From NCBI GenBank assembly GCA_044351795.1, contig JBILFA010000004.1, positions 3 to 64,002 of the forward strand: 64,000 bases of DNA. Reading direction: 5' to 3'. This DNA is from Bdellovibrionota bacterium. GTDB lineage: Bacteria; Bdellovibrionota_C; UBA2361; OMII01. This document shows, piece by piece, positions 52,997-62,486 of the stretch. The number at the start of each line of letters is the position of its first letter. Position 1 is the stretch's first letter. Made by a program: the position numbers and the translations under genes. The notes under the pieces are model-generated. The model was not told where the DNA came from and did not search any database. It worked only from the letters and a program-made list of their open reading frames with translations.

Positions 52997-53628
52997 ATGT
53001 CATATGTTACCCACATGGTAAAATCCCCTAAATCCTCAACCAATCAGCAAGCTGCCATACGCAAGCTATCCCAGATAGCAACCTTTACCCTTAAGGATGC
53101 AGCCCTTGCCGGGATTCCGAGAACAACCGTTGCCCGGTTGGTAGACAGGGGCGTCTTCACGAAATTTGCTCTGGTCTCTACTCTGTTGCTGAGTCTGAGC
53201 CGCTCGGAGAGGCTGCTGATTTTCCCGTGGCCTGCAAACGGTTTGGGCCTCGCAGTGTAATCGGCGGACACACTGCCTTGTTTCAGTACGGGCTTGTCGA
53301 GGAGGTCCCAACGCAAATTTGGGTGCTCGTACCCCCGACAGTCCGGACCTCAAGTCCTCGCTACCGTCTTATTAGAACCAAGCGCAATCTGGCCGAAGGG
53401 GGGCTCTCAAAGGAGGGGTATCGAATTACCTCGATCGAGCGAACACTACTCGACGCTCTCGTATTCGCCTCTAAACTCGGTGAGCGAATCGCAATAACCG
53501 CCACCATTAAAGCCCTTAGACAGAAGGACACCTCGGAGAAGAAGCTCTATAACCTGGCGAAACAGATGGGGGAGCTTTCGATACTGGATCGATACTGGCA
53601 GTCGGTTCTTGCAGGGGTGTCTCAGTGA
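52997..53628 (+). pseudogene. abiEi: AbiEi-family antitoxin gene interrupted by a frameshift (or sequencing error)
   Basis: Frame 1 (52997-53260) gives the wHTH ...GIPRTTVARLVDRGV. The expected continuation HEICSGLYSVAESEP...SVIGGHTALFQYGL is in the frame of ORF 53227-53628. The shift is at the G run near 53145-53152. Confidence 0.6.
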
Positions 53629-54413
53629 CAACAGACCCAAAGCAGCGTTCAATTATGAAGCGCTTGAGCAACGTCAGTAAGGAACGTGGTGCGGCGTACC
53701 AGTTCGTTCTGACCGAGTTTCTCATCGAGCGGATGGTTGTTCGATTGGCGAGCTCCGCAAGCCTCGCGAAAGTCTTTGTATTCAAAGGCGGATACGTGGG
53801 GCAGCGGGCCTATGGTTCCCCTCGATACACCGTCGATCTCGACGCCCTCCTCCGACGGGGCAACCCGATAGCGATAGAGCAGGAGGTCATCTCGACACTT
53901 GAAATGGATTCCCAAGATGGAACTTGGTACCGTTTCGAGAAGAAAGTTGATCTGACAACGCAAGGCGAGTACCCCGGTATCCGGTACGCCTTTCGGGCTG
54001 GAATAGGCACACCCCTGCAAGATCTTCGCCGAGCACAGCTTCTTAACTTCGATATCGGGGTCGGTGACGCCGTTGATCCGATCGAGAGTACCCTACAACC
54101 CATCCTCGATAGGGAGTCGGTGAGCTGGCTTGTGTACCCGCGAGAAGTAATTATCGCAGAGAAGCTCCATTCCTTCCTTTCACGACCGTTAGAAAACTCC
54201 CGGTCAAAGGATCTTTTCGACCTGCAGTTTCATCTTCCAAAGGCTGACGCTTCCGGCGTTGTCGAGTCCACACGCCGGACGTTCAAAGCACGAGGCGACG
54301 ACGTCCCCCAGAACGTGGCCGAGGCTTTTTCTGAGCTCCGAACAGACACCCTGAGAAGGGGATGGGTCTCGGCCGTCTTCGGATTACCCAACGCTCCATC
54401 ATTGGATGAATAG
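53625..54413 (+). CDS. abiEii: Nucleotidyltransferase toxin, AbiEii/AbiGii family
   Basis: FKGGYVGQRAYGSPRYTVDLDAL is the NTase motif. 4-nt overlap with the abiEi reading frame. Confidence 0.8.
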   Translation: MTTDPKQRSIMKRLSNVSKERGAAYQFVLTEFLIERMVVRLASSASLAKVFVFKGGYVGQRAYGSPRYTVDLDALLRRGNPIAIEQEVISTLEMDSQDGTWYRFEKKVDLTTQGEYPGIRYAFRAGIGTPLQDLRRAQLLNFDIGVGDAVDPIESTLQPILDRESVSWLVYPREVIIAEKLHSFLSRPLENSRSKDLFDLQFHLPKADASGVVESTRRTFKARGDDVPQNVAEAFSELRTDTLRRGWVSAVFGLPNAPSLDE

Positions 54414-54790
54414 TTCGAAGCGGTCGTAGAGGAGCTCCGCCGGATATTCACATAGCTGAGAGGGTTCGACCGGCTCCCTCCCTGCTTGAGAGGTCTTCGT
54501 CTTTTTCGAAATCACGAATTCTGCCCTGTTTTACAGCGAGTCGTTTTGGATTCGCAGCTGCCTTATGAACCATGCGGTACGTTTGCCTAGGGACCGAATT
54601 CCCGCCTCATAGATCTCGATGGTCTCGCTAGCCATCTTCAAGGTATCGCATGGTTCACCGGTATTCGGTTCATGGGCCATGGAGGACGCCTGCTTCATGT
54701 AAGCAAGAGAGGATCTGCAATCACCGCCAAAAGTTGCCTCCTGGATCGAAAAAACTCCCTAAGCCCCAGATTGGGGCCTCCCGTGGAAGG

Positions 54791-54805
54791 CGCCTCATTC
54801 ATGTG
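54791..54805 (+). promoter_or_regulatory. Upstream box copy (cGCCTCATTCAtGtg)
   Basis: About 90 nt upstream of ATG 54894, at the head of the relaxase operon. Confidence 0.4.
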
Positions 54806-54893
54806 CCCCTAGGAGGGTCTCTTAAAAGAGCTAAGAAGACTCTACGCAAGCATTCAGAAAAGTAGCGTGCTTTACGGGATAAAGAGGGTCCTC

Positions 54894-55190
54894 ATGGAAA
54901 ACCAAGTGGTTCAAGAGCAACAGCGGGAGAGAGAAAAGGTAGAGGGCATGGAGGTTCAGTGTTCATCGGGACTCAAAGCCAAGAGGACTAAGGTCATCCG
55001 AATTGTACTCTCAGCACCTAAGGACCTCTTTTCTCTCACAGAGGCTCTCTCACGGCGGGGAAACTATCCACACCTTGAAGAGTTTCTTGCACGACGAGCA
55101 CGAGAGAGCCTTGAAGAGTACTTAAGCCAGGCAGATGAGATGGTGAGTCGCGCCTCCTCCCTTGCTAAGAGCGCCCCCCGGAAAGGCTAG
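54894..55190 (+). CDS. Hypothetical protein, possible RHH relaxosome accessory factor
   Basis: Start refined to ATG 54894. VIRIVLSAPKDLFSLTEALSRRGNYPHLEEFLARRARESLEEY could form beta-alpha-alpha. The position upstream of the relaxase supports the call. Confidence 0.35.
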   Translation: MENQVVQEQQREREKVEGMEVQCSSGLKAKRTKVIRIVLSAPKDLFSLTEALSRRGNYPHLEEFLARRARESLEEYLSQADEMVSRASSLAKSAPRKG

Positions 55191-55424
55191 CCAGACTTTC
55201 ATCCCACTCACCGTCTTTGTAGCTCTCGGTCGAACAGGAAAACAGGAACAAGAGGAGGAAGAAAGAGAAAGAGAGAGGAGAAGTACAGTTAAAAGTCACG
55301 TAGCAAGATAAAGGCATAGGGTCTATGGCTGATGTATGTGTCCGAAGAGACTCGTAAAAGGTGAGACCCATGGACGAAAAAAGAGCCCCAGAAGAGACCC
55401 ACCTAGAGGTAGCGAGCAACAGAG

Positions 55425-57473
55425 ATGAGATCAACCCGCAAACCGCTGGAACCCCACATCGATCGGTCCGAGGATTTCGAGCCGCGTTTGCCCTCAAGCA
55501 TGCGTCGTGAACGCTCCGGGGTCATCGGGCGCCTTAAGTTCCTTCGACAGCGAGCACTCGGTGCCACTGGTGCAGGGAAGACAAAAGCCAGCCGCGGGGC
55601 CAAAGCCGGGCGCGGAAGGCTACGAGCCCCTAAGACCTTCAAGCAGCGGGTGGTCTTCAAAGCGCGAGTAGTGAAGGGAAAAGGTAAAGCAGCGATTCAC
55701 AAAATGCGCGATCACCTCAGTTACCTCTCTCGCTCCGGTACCGCCTTAAACGGTGAGCGGCCCGAGTTTTTCGGCAAAGAGGGGGCGCTTACTCGCGAGG
55801 AACTCTCGCAGCAAGCGCGCACCTGGGAGAACGATGGGCACCACTTTCGGTTCATTATCTCTCCCGAAAGAGGAGCAGAAATTGAGCTCGAGCAGTACAT
55901 AAGGGACGTTCTAAAAACGATGGAAGGTGATTTAAAGACGCGTCTTGAGTGGTACGCAGTGTGTCATTACAACACCGATAACCCGCATGCTCACGTTGTG
56001 CTTCGAGGAGTTGATGATAAGGGGCAGCTTCTCATTTTAGACCGAGACTACTTAAGTCACGGCATTCGCCACATCTTAGAACACGAAGCTACGTTACGGC
56101 TTGGGGACCGAACCCTTGGGGCTGTTGAGCAAGGTATAGAGCGCTGTCTCTCAGAAGAGCGCTTTACCTTCCTCGACAAGCAGCTTCTTCGCGAGCAAGA
56201 GAGGTCTCCGGCGCGCTGCGTAGAGGTGAAAGCTTTAGGCATAAGAGCTCGAGAGTGGGAGAAGAAAGGACGGCTCAATCATCTTAAGCGCCTCGCCTTC
56301 CTTGAATCAAAGGGACTAGCTCACGAGGTTAAGGCAGGTGTCTGGAAGCTTAACGACAACCTTGAAGAGGTTCTTAGAGATCTCGCGCACACGCGGCGCG
56401 TGGAAAAACTCGTTGCCCCTCACCTTCGCGGTACTGAGGCCAGAAAACAACAACTCGTCATTCACCGAGAGAAGCACCCGCTAGCAGCAGAGGTTTTAGG
56501 GCTCGTTATAGCCAAGGAGCTAGTGGATGAGTTGCACGATAAACGCTTTGTTCTTCTGGACGGAAGTGATGGGAGGACCCACTTTATTCCGCTTGGAAAT
56601 TTCTCAGAGCCGCTTGGTTTTGAGTGCCGTCCGGGTCAGCTCGTTACGGTAGCACCACCCAAGGCGTCTCCAGTGCGGGCTGAGGAGGTCATCGTAGCGT
56701 TCCTTAATAACCAGCCTGGAGAGTTTTCGCTCACGCGCTTCTCGCAGCACGTAACTCAAGCTGAGAAAGCAAAGACCTGGAAGCTTCCTGAGGGTCTTAC
56801 CGTAGAGCACTACGTTCAGATGTTTGCCACTCGCTGCGAAACACTTTCGCGCGCAGGGATCCTACGAGAGCTTGGCCCTGATCGGTGGGAGGTTCCTCTG
56901 GACGTCGTAGAGAGAGCCAGAGAGTACGATGAAGGGCGCCCCAAAAACCTCCGTACGACCATAAAGACGCACACCTTTCGGCCTCTATCGGAGGAGGTCT
57001 CTACCGTGGGTGCCTCATGGCTAGACCTTATTCTAGGCGAGGCGAGGGAGAAGCCTTCTCTACGAGGCTCGCTTGCTCTTCAGGTGGAGCGAGCGATAGC
57101 TCGGCGAGCAGAGGTTCTGCAAGAGAGGCGGGTCGATATCAGTTCTGGGACCTTTAAGCAGCTCCTGTCGCGTGAGGAGCAGCGCCTGGTAAGAAAATTA
57201 GAGCACCGACTCGGTCAACAACGAAGCCTTAAGGTCGGCGAGGAGGTATCGGGAAAGGTCGTTGGCTACGAGCTCATGGGAGATGGCCACCGGATGATAG
57301 TCAGGGTGGAAAACGGCTTTGTCATTCGGAAGGTTTCAGGGAAAGAGCCACAACTGGCCTACGGGACCGAGGTGACCCTGCAGCGCGTAGCAGTGGCTAG
57401 TCGTGGTCGAGAGCGGAATTTCATCAGCATGAAACGTCAAGACACAGGGTCAAATCGAGGACGTTCGCGGTAG
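55425..57473 (+). CDS. Conjugative relaxase (VirD2/MobP-like N-domain with a DUF3363-type C-terminal region)
   Basis: HYNTDNPHAHVVLRG is the 3-His relaxase motif. YLSRSG lies upstream. At 682 aa its architecture matches the relaxases found next to TraG in Tn4371-type ICEs and plasmids. Confidence 0.75.
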   Translation: MRSTRKPLEPHIDRSEDFEPRLPSSMRRERSGVIGRLKFLRQRALGATGAGKTKASRGAKAGRGRLRAPKTFKQRVVFKARVVKGKGKAAIHKMRDHLSYLSRSGTALNGERPEFFGKEGALTREELSQQARTWENDGHHFRFIISPERGAEIELEQYIRDVLKTMEGDLKTRLEWYAVCHYNTDNPHAHVVLRGVDDKGQLLILDRDYLSHGIRHILEHEATLRLGDRTLGAVEQGIERCLSEERFTFLDKQLLREQERSPARCVEVKALGIRAREWEKKGRLNHLKRLAFLESKGLAHEVKAGVWKLNDNLEEVLRDLAHTRRVEKLVAPHLRGTEARKQQLVIHREKHPLAAEVLGLVIAKELVDELHDKRFVLLDGSDGRTHFIPLGNFSEPLGFECRPGQLVTVAPPKASPVRAEEVIVAFLNNQPGEFSLTRFSQHVTQAEKAKTWKLPEGLTVEHYVQMFATRCETLSRAGILRELGPDRWEVPLDVVERAREYDEGRPKNLRTTIKTHTFRPLSEEVSTVGASWLDLILGEAREKPSLRGSLALQVERAIARRAEVLQERRVDISSGTFKQLLSREEQRLVRKLEHRLGQQRSLKVGEEVSGKVVGYELMGDGHRMIVRVENGFVIRKVSGKEPQLAYGTEVTLQRVAVASRGRERNFISMKRQDTGSNRGRSR

Positions 57474-57499
57474 CGGAACTAACGAAGAGGTAGCTCGGT

Positions 57500-59575
57500 A
57501 TGAGTAAGCAACAACAGGTATTAGGGAAGCTTCTATCGCTTGTGCTCTTTGTAGGGTGTGCTTTAGGGGGCATGTTCGCGGGAACTCAAACAGTCGCAGC
57601 ACACCACGCCTACAATAGTAGGCTACTTGGAGCGCCACTCTTCTGGCTCCAGGATACAGCAATCTATGCCCCCTGGAGGGGCCTTCAGTGGGGGAGCTCG
57701 CTTAGCATACATAAAGAGAGCGCTCAGTTTGGATACATGCTGACCCTTATAGGTGTGGGCCTTGGCTTAGTGCTTGGACTTGCAGCACGCTACTTCGTGG
57801 GAGGCTCGGCCACCCCAGCCAGAAGCAACATTTACGGTGATGCCGCTTTCGCCACGCAGAAGGAGATTAAACAGATGGGGCTCCTCGGTCAGGGTAGGGG
57901 CGTATTTCTAGGGAAGACAGCCAAGGGCGAGTACCTCCGTCACAACGGTCCAGAGCACTATGCCATTATTGCTCCAACCCGAAGTGGTAAGGGAGCCGGT
58001 ATCGTCGTACCGACGCTACTTACCTGGAGGGATTCGTGCATCGTTTACGATCTGAAAGAAGAGAACTTTCAGCGGACCGCCGGCGAGCGAAGTCAATTCA
58101 GCGATATCCTCTATTTTAATCCAAATAGCCGAGCCACTACGCGCTTTAATCCGCTCTTGGAGATTCGTCGCGGAGACTTTGAGGTCCGAGATGCTCAGAA
58201 TATCGCCAACATGATCATTGAGCCCGACCGACCTGGTTCTCACGACCACTGGATTAGAACAGGTAACTCACTCCTAACGGCAGCTATTTTGCACGTACTC
58301 TATGCAGCCCCTGAGAAGGAGAAAAACTTAGCTGGAGTGGCTGCACTCCTTTCCCGACCAGACAAAACCCTCACACAAACCCTTGAGGAGATGCTCCACA
58401 CGAAGCACATGAAGGATGAAAGCGGCAGGCCTACGAAACCACACCCAGGAGTTGTTCAGGCAGTGCGAGATGTCTTAAACAAATCAGGAGATGATAGATC
58501 AAGCGTTGTCTCCACCGTGATGGGGTACTTAGCTCTCTACCGAGACCCGCTCCTTGCCAAGGCCACTGAAGCAAGTGACTTCTCGGTACAGGACCTTGTA
58601 AACGGCGATCGTCCTAAGTCGCTCTACATGGTGATTCCTGCAGGAGACATCGATCGCTTACGTCCTGTGATTCGTCTGATAGTGAATCTCATCTGCCGAC
58701 GCCTTACGGAGCAGGCGGTAAAGGGTGAGAAAAGAGACCAAGAACACAAACATAAGCTCCTTCTTATGCTCGATGAGTTTCCAGCGCTTGGACGGCTTGA
58801 GTTCTTCGAGAGCGCTCTTGGATTTCTGGCAGGATACGGACTCAAAGCGATGCTCGTCGCCCAGTCACTTGCTCAACTGAAGCAGGTCTATGGGGAGAGG
58901 TCCTCAATATTGGACAACACCCATGTGCGAGTGTTCTTCCGCCCCGAAACCATCGAGACTGCCGAGTACATCTCAAAGACCCTCGGCCAGACAACGATCT
59001 CCTATAAGACCCGCAGTGAGAGCGGAAAGAAGGGTAGCCCGTGGTTTTCAAGTATCAATGACTCGGTTCATTACAGCTCACGCCAGCTCCTCACACCACG
59101 GGAGGTGATGGAGCTCCCTGATGATGAGGCTTTCGTCTTAGTTGGAGGCGGGAGACCCATTAGGGCAAAGAAGATTAGGTATTTCGATGACGGCTCCTTT
59201 ATTCCGCTACTTACTAAAGCACACTACCCAGGGAGCAAACAGCACGGGCGCTACACTTCACCGTGGGCCGGAGAGACTTGTTCTCCCGAAAGTAACAAGC
59301 AACCGACCTTTACCGCGAAAGCCCTGGATGAGGACCCTTTTACTGCGCCCGGCTGGAGCCCCGACGCCCCAGTCTATGATGAGCCTACTCAAGGAGCTGC
59401 TCCTCGAGGACCAGGGGAGACTAGAGGTGGTGGTTACGGTTCAAACCGCTCGACTCGTAAGGTAGTGCTCATGCACCCCTACCGACGTATGCGGGAGGAA
59501 GAGAAACAAAAGGAGAAACGAACGTTTTCGTACACAGATGATGCCCAAAGTGAGCTTGAGGAGGAACTAGCATGA
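57500..59575 (+). CDS. traG: Type IV coupling protein (TraG/VirD4 family)
   Basis: Two N-terminal TM helices, Walker A IAPTRSGKGAGIVVPTLL and Walker B LLLMLDEFPALG. Confidence 0.9.
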   Translation: MSKQQQVLGKLLSLVLFVGCALGGMFAGTQTVAAHHAYNSRLLGAPLFWLQDTAIYAPWRGLQWGSSLSIHKESAQFGYMLTLIGVGLGLVLGLAARYFVGGSATPARSNIYGDAAFATQKEIKQMGLLGQGRGVFLGKTAKGEYLRHNGPEHYAIIAPTRSGKGAGIVVPTLLTWRDSCIVYDLKEENFQRTAGERSQFSDILYFNPNSRATTRFNPLLEIRRGDFEVRDAQNIANMIIEPDRPGSHDHWIRTGNSLLTAAILHVLYAAPEKEKNLAGVAALLSRPDKTLTQTLEEMLHTKHMKDESGRPTKPHPGVVQAVRDVLNKSGDDRSSVVSTVMGYLALYRDPLLAKATEASDFSVQDLVNGDRPKSLYMVIPAGDIDRLRPVIRLIVNLICRRLTEQAVKGEKRDQEHKHKLLLMLDEFPALGRLEFFESALGFLAGYGLKAMLVAQSLAQLKQVYGERSSILDNTHVRVFFRPETIETAEYISKTLGQTTISYKTRSESGKKGSPWFSSINDSVHYSSRQLLTPREVMELPDDEAFVLVGGGRPIRAKKIRYFDDGSFIPLLTKAHYPGSKQHGRYTSPWAGETCSPESNKQPTFTAKALDEDPFTAPGWSPDAPVYDEPTQGAAPRGPGETRGGGYGSNRSTRKVVLMHPYRRMREEEKQKEKRTFSYTDDAQSELEEELA

Positions 59576-60072
59576 GTGGCCACAAGGATTTTCATATTCG
59601 AATCCCTACAGAGGTTCACAACCGATTAAAACTCATCGCCGCTGAGCGAGGAATCGCCCAGAGGTCGATTATGGTTTCGGCCATCAAGGAGTTTATCGGT
59701 CTCGATGACGACAAAGAGCAGGAGAAGCAATTAGCCGAGCAGTCACGTCGCGATATCTATGAACTTAAGCTTCAAGTGTCGTCTCTTCGAGAGGATATAG
59801 AAATCATCGGAGAGCTCTTATCGTTCTATATCTACCACTGGATAGGCTACACCCCGCGACTCTCTAAGGAGGAGCGGGCAGGGCTTGCAGTAGAGGCAAA
59901 GGAGCGCCACGAGCGATTCATGACCCTCTTCGCCAGAAAGCTAAGCGGTGGAGAACTGTCGTTGGGAGCACTCCTTGCCAAGGGGGTAAGTCGGGATGAT
60001 TCAGACCCACAAATTCAGGAATCAGACCACCGAAGTGACACTGTCCGGCATCCAGTAGGAGGAGCACCGTAG
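59572..60072 (+). CDS. Ribbon-helix-helix (CopG-like) protein
   Basis: FHIRIPTEVHNRLKLIAAERGIAQRSIMVSAIKEFI. ATGA overlap with traG. Confidence 0.65.
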   Translation: MSGHKDFHIRIPTEVHNRLKLIAAERGIAQRSIMVSAIKEFIGLDDDKEQEKQLAEQSRRDIYELKLQVSSLREDIEIIGELLSFYIYHWIGYTPRLSKEERAGLAVEAKERHERFMTLFARKLSGGELSLGALLAKGVSRDDSDPQIQESDHRSDTVRHPVGGAP

Positions 60073-60145
60073 CCACACTCCGAGGTAGGCGAGGAGAGCA
60101 GTAAGAGATAATGAGGCGATTTTAACGATGAAAGGAGACAAACCT

Positions 60146-60367
60146 ATGGAAGACAAACTTGGATGGAAAGCTATTCAGAACTCTATGGCCATTTCCGGGT
60201 ACGAGATCAGTGATGAGGACCTCGCGCTCATGACAGCTCACTATGAGGCTAAGAACATGGATGAACTGGCCCTTAAGATAGTCCAGATAACTCAGGAGAC
60301 CGGTCGCCCGATGCTTGATGTTGCCAAGGAAGTTTTAGGCGGAGTCGTGGAGGGATACCAAAAATGA
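60146..60367 (+). CDS. VbhA/FicA-like small partner of the Fic protein (inhibitory Glu apparently replaced)
   Basis: ATG 60146 with SD aaaggag. AIQNSMAISGYEISDEDLALM aligns with the VbhA inhibition helix ([ST]xxxE[GN]) but reads S-M-A-I-S-G. 4-nt overlap with the fic gene. Confidence 0.45.
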   Translation: MEDKLGWKAIQNSMAISGYEISDEDLALMTAHYEAKNMDELALKIVQITQETGRPMLDVAKEVLGGVVEGYQK

Positions 60368-61071
60368 GTGAGCTAGGAGAGCGAAGTTTTCACGACTGGC
60401 CTCACGTTAAAAGCTTAGGGGTGTTCCCCGATGTGGATAAGAGGGCCTACGTGTTCCGCACATGCCTTGGCGTTAAAATGGCAGAAAGTGCGCTCACTAA
60501 TTCAAAGCAAATCATTCCAACTGAGGATACCATAAAGGGTTTGCACTACATGGCCTTTGGTACGGTTCATCCGTGGGCAGGTCAGTACCGAAAGCTCGGA
60601 CAGGAGGTACCGGCTCACGGTCTTGAGTTCTCACGATCAAAGGAGGTTGCAGGAGCTATGGTCGCCCTGCGCAAGGAGATGTTAAGGAGCCCGCTCGAGG
60701 GAACAAAGCAGTACATGGCAGAGGCGCTTGGCTTCTACCACGCAACAGCCCTAGCTATTCATCCCTTCGTGGATGGTAACGGACGAACCTTTAGAGCGAT
60801 CCTCGATCAACAAGCTAAAGCACTACTGGGACATACCGTGACTCACAATTTGTCGAGGCAAGAGTACACTCAAGCGCTTCAGGAAGCGCAGCTTTATGGG
60901 CACCTTAAGCCACTGGCGAATATAATCCAGCGCGGTTCTCATAACCATTGGCTCGGTGTGCATCCAGACACGCTTAAGCTACCGATGAATGAGGCTTCGC
61001 GCTCCTATGCCTTAGACAGAGCCGAGCGCGAGAGAGCAGTCGATGGGCCATCGCGGGGACGGAAACGGTAG
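60364..61071 (+). CDS. Fic domain protein (AMPylation-competent motif)
   Basis: The canonical HPFVDGNGRTFR motif (HxFx[DE]GNGRxxR). 235 aa with a basic C-terminal tail, GPSRGRKR. Confidence 0.85.
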   Translation: MSELGERSFHDWPHVKSLGVFPDVDKRAYVFRTCLGVKMAESALTNSKQIIPTEDTIKGLHYMAFGTVHPWAGQYRKLGQEVPAHGLEFSRSKEVAGAMVALRKEMLRSPLEGTKQYMAEALGFYHATALAIHPFVDGNGRTFRAILDQQAKALLGHTVTHNLSRQEYTQALQEAQLYGHLKPLANIIQRGSHNHWLGVHPDTLKLPMNEASRSYALDRAERERAVDGPSRGRKR

Positions 61072-61226
61072 TGTGCTAGGTAAAGCTTCCATCGCCACAC
61101 ACATTTCCCAAGAACACGAAGAGGGGACGTGTGTGGCCTAGAGAGGTAGGCCTCGAACAGCGAGAGGCCTTCATGATCACCTCTCCTTATACATGCCGTG
61201 AGTCCAAGACAGAGAGCCTTCTCGCC

Positions 61227-61241
61227 TGCCTCATTCAGGTG
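61227..61241 (+). promoter_or_regulatory. Upstream box copy (tGCCTCATTCAGGtg)
   Basis: About 65-80 nt upstream of ATG 61307, at the head of the trbB-containing gene set. Confidence 0.4.
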
Positions 61242-61306
61242 TCCATTCCCACCTCAGTTCTTTAGGTCATAGTTGAACCACATACCACCAGTTTTGCGGG
61301 GGAACT

Positions 61307-61522
61307 ATGTCCACATACGAGGTTACACTTATTCTAGAGGCTCTAGCGAAGGTTTACTCATGCCACGAATTAGCGTCGGGTCTTCCCGTCATACGATCCC
61401 TTGTTAAGCACTTGAAGCTTGACCCAGAGCAAGCAGAGGCAGTTGTTGAAGGGGCGCTCCAACTAAAGCAAGCCAGGGCGCACATGAGAGAGCTCTCACC
61501 CTGTGAAATCTATGTTCAATAG
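61307..61522 (+). CDS. Hypothetical small protein
   Basis: 71 aa, helical, with no recognisable motif. It is the first gene after the upstream box. Confidence 0.4.
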   Translation: MSTYEVTLILEALAKVYSCHELASGLPVIRSLVKHLKLDPEQAEAVVEGALQLKQARAHMRELSPCEIYVQ

Positions 61523-61537
61523 GAGCGCGAAAGTATC

Positions 61538-62473
61538 GTGACTGCTACAACACGCCTCTCGGAACTCCTCATTAGCGCTCTTGGCTCCGGCATAGCGGCG
61601 CTCCTCCAAGACGAAGGAATTAGCGAAATCAGGCTAAACTCAGACGGATCGGTCTGGGCTAATCGGCTCGGACAGGGGAAATCAAAGACCTCTGTGACGA
61701 TATCTCAGGAGAATGCACGAAGAGCCATCTACGCCGTAGCGTACGGAGTGGGAGAGGTGTGTAACGATAACAAGCCCTCAATCTCGGCAGAGCTCCCCGG
61801 TACCGGCGAGCGCTTCCAGGGAGTACTCCCGCCGCTAGCGCAGGCACCTCTGTTCGTCATCAGAAAGAAGGCGGTGAAGATATTCTCGCTCGAAGAGCTC
61901 AATGAACAGGGAATCCTTCCGGTAGGAGGGCTAGAGTTACTGAGAGACGCCGTACTGGCTCGAAAAAATATCCTCGTCGTAGGTGGTACCGACTCTGGGA
62001 AAACCACCTTCACTAACGCCTTACTCCGAGTTATCGAGGATACAAACGACCGTCTCATCATTTTGGAAGACACACAGGAGCTCCAATGCCGGGCCAATGA
62101 TGTGGAGTACCTGCACACCAAAGACGCCGTTGCCTCATTGAGAGACCTCATTCGATATACCATGCGTATGAGCCCAGATCGGATAGTAATAGGCGAAGTA
62201 CGAGGGCCCGAAGCGCTGGATCTCTTGAAGGCTTGGAATACAGGTCACCCAGGAGGCGTGAGCACTGTGCATGCAAATTCCGCAGAGCGTGGGCTCCTAC
62301 GAATCGAACAGCTCGTACAGGAGGCCGGTGTTCAGCCGTGCAGGGAGATGATCGCGGAAGCAGTGAACGTGATCGTGTACATGCAAAAAGAGGGCACGAA
62401 ACGAAAGGTGAAAAACATTATGAACGTGCGCGGCGTAAGTGGTGGACAGTACGACCTTACGCCCCTTATCTAG
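61538..62473 (+). CDS. trbB: VirB11/TrbB-family T4SS ATPase
   Basis: Walker A VVGGTDSGKTTF, Asp box IILEDTQEL, RMSPDRIVIGEVRG and the His box GHPGGVSTVHA. Confidence 0.9.
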   Translation: MTATTRLSELLISALGSGIAALLQDEGISEIRLNSDGSVWANRLGQGKSKTSVTISQENARRAIYAVAYGVGEVCNDNKPSISAELPGTGERFQGVLPPLAQAPLFVIRKKAVKIFSLEELNEQGILPVGGLELLRDAVLARKNILVVGGTDSGKTTFTNALLRVIEDTNDRLIILEDTQELQCRANDVEYLHTKDAVASLRDLIRYTMRMSPDRIVIGEVRGPEALDLLKAWNTGHPGGVSTVHANSAERGLLRIEQLVQEAGVQPCREMIAEAVNVIVYMQKEGTKRKVKNIMNVRGVSGGQYDLTPLI

Positions 62474-62486
62474 AGGGTCCTTTATC

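Noticed and set aside
54650-54865. 71-aa plus-strand ORF sharing a (C/R)LI(Q/H).PLGGSL peptide with ORF 50049-50279
   Set aside because: The shared peptide is the translation of the duplicated upstream box and its approx. 55-nt downstream flank. The conservation is better explained at the DNA or regulatory level, and neither ORF has an SD or other motif.
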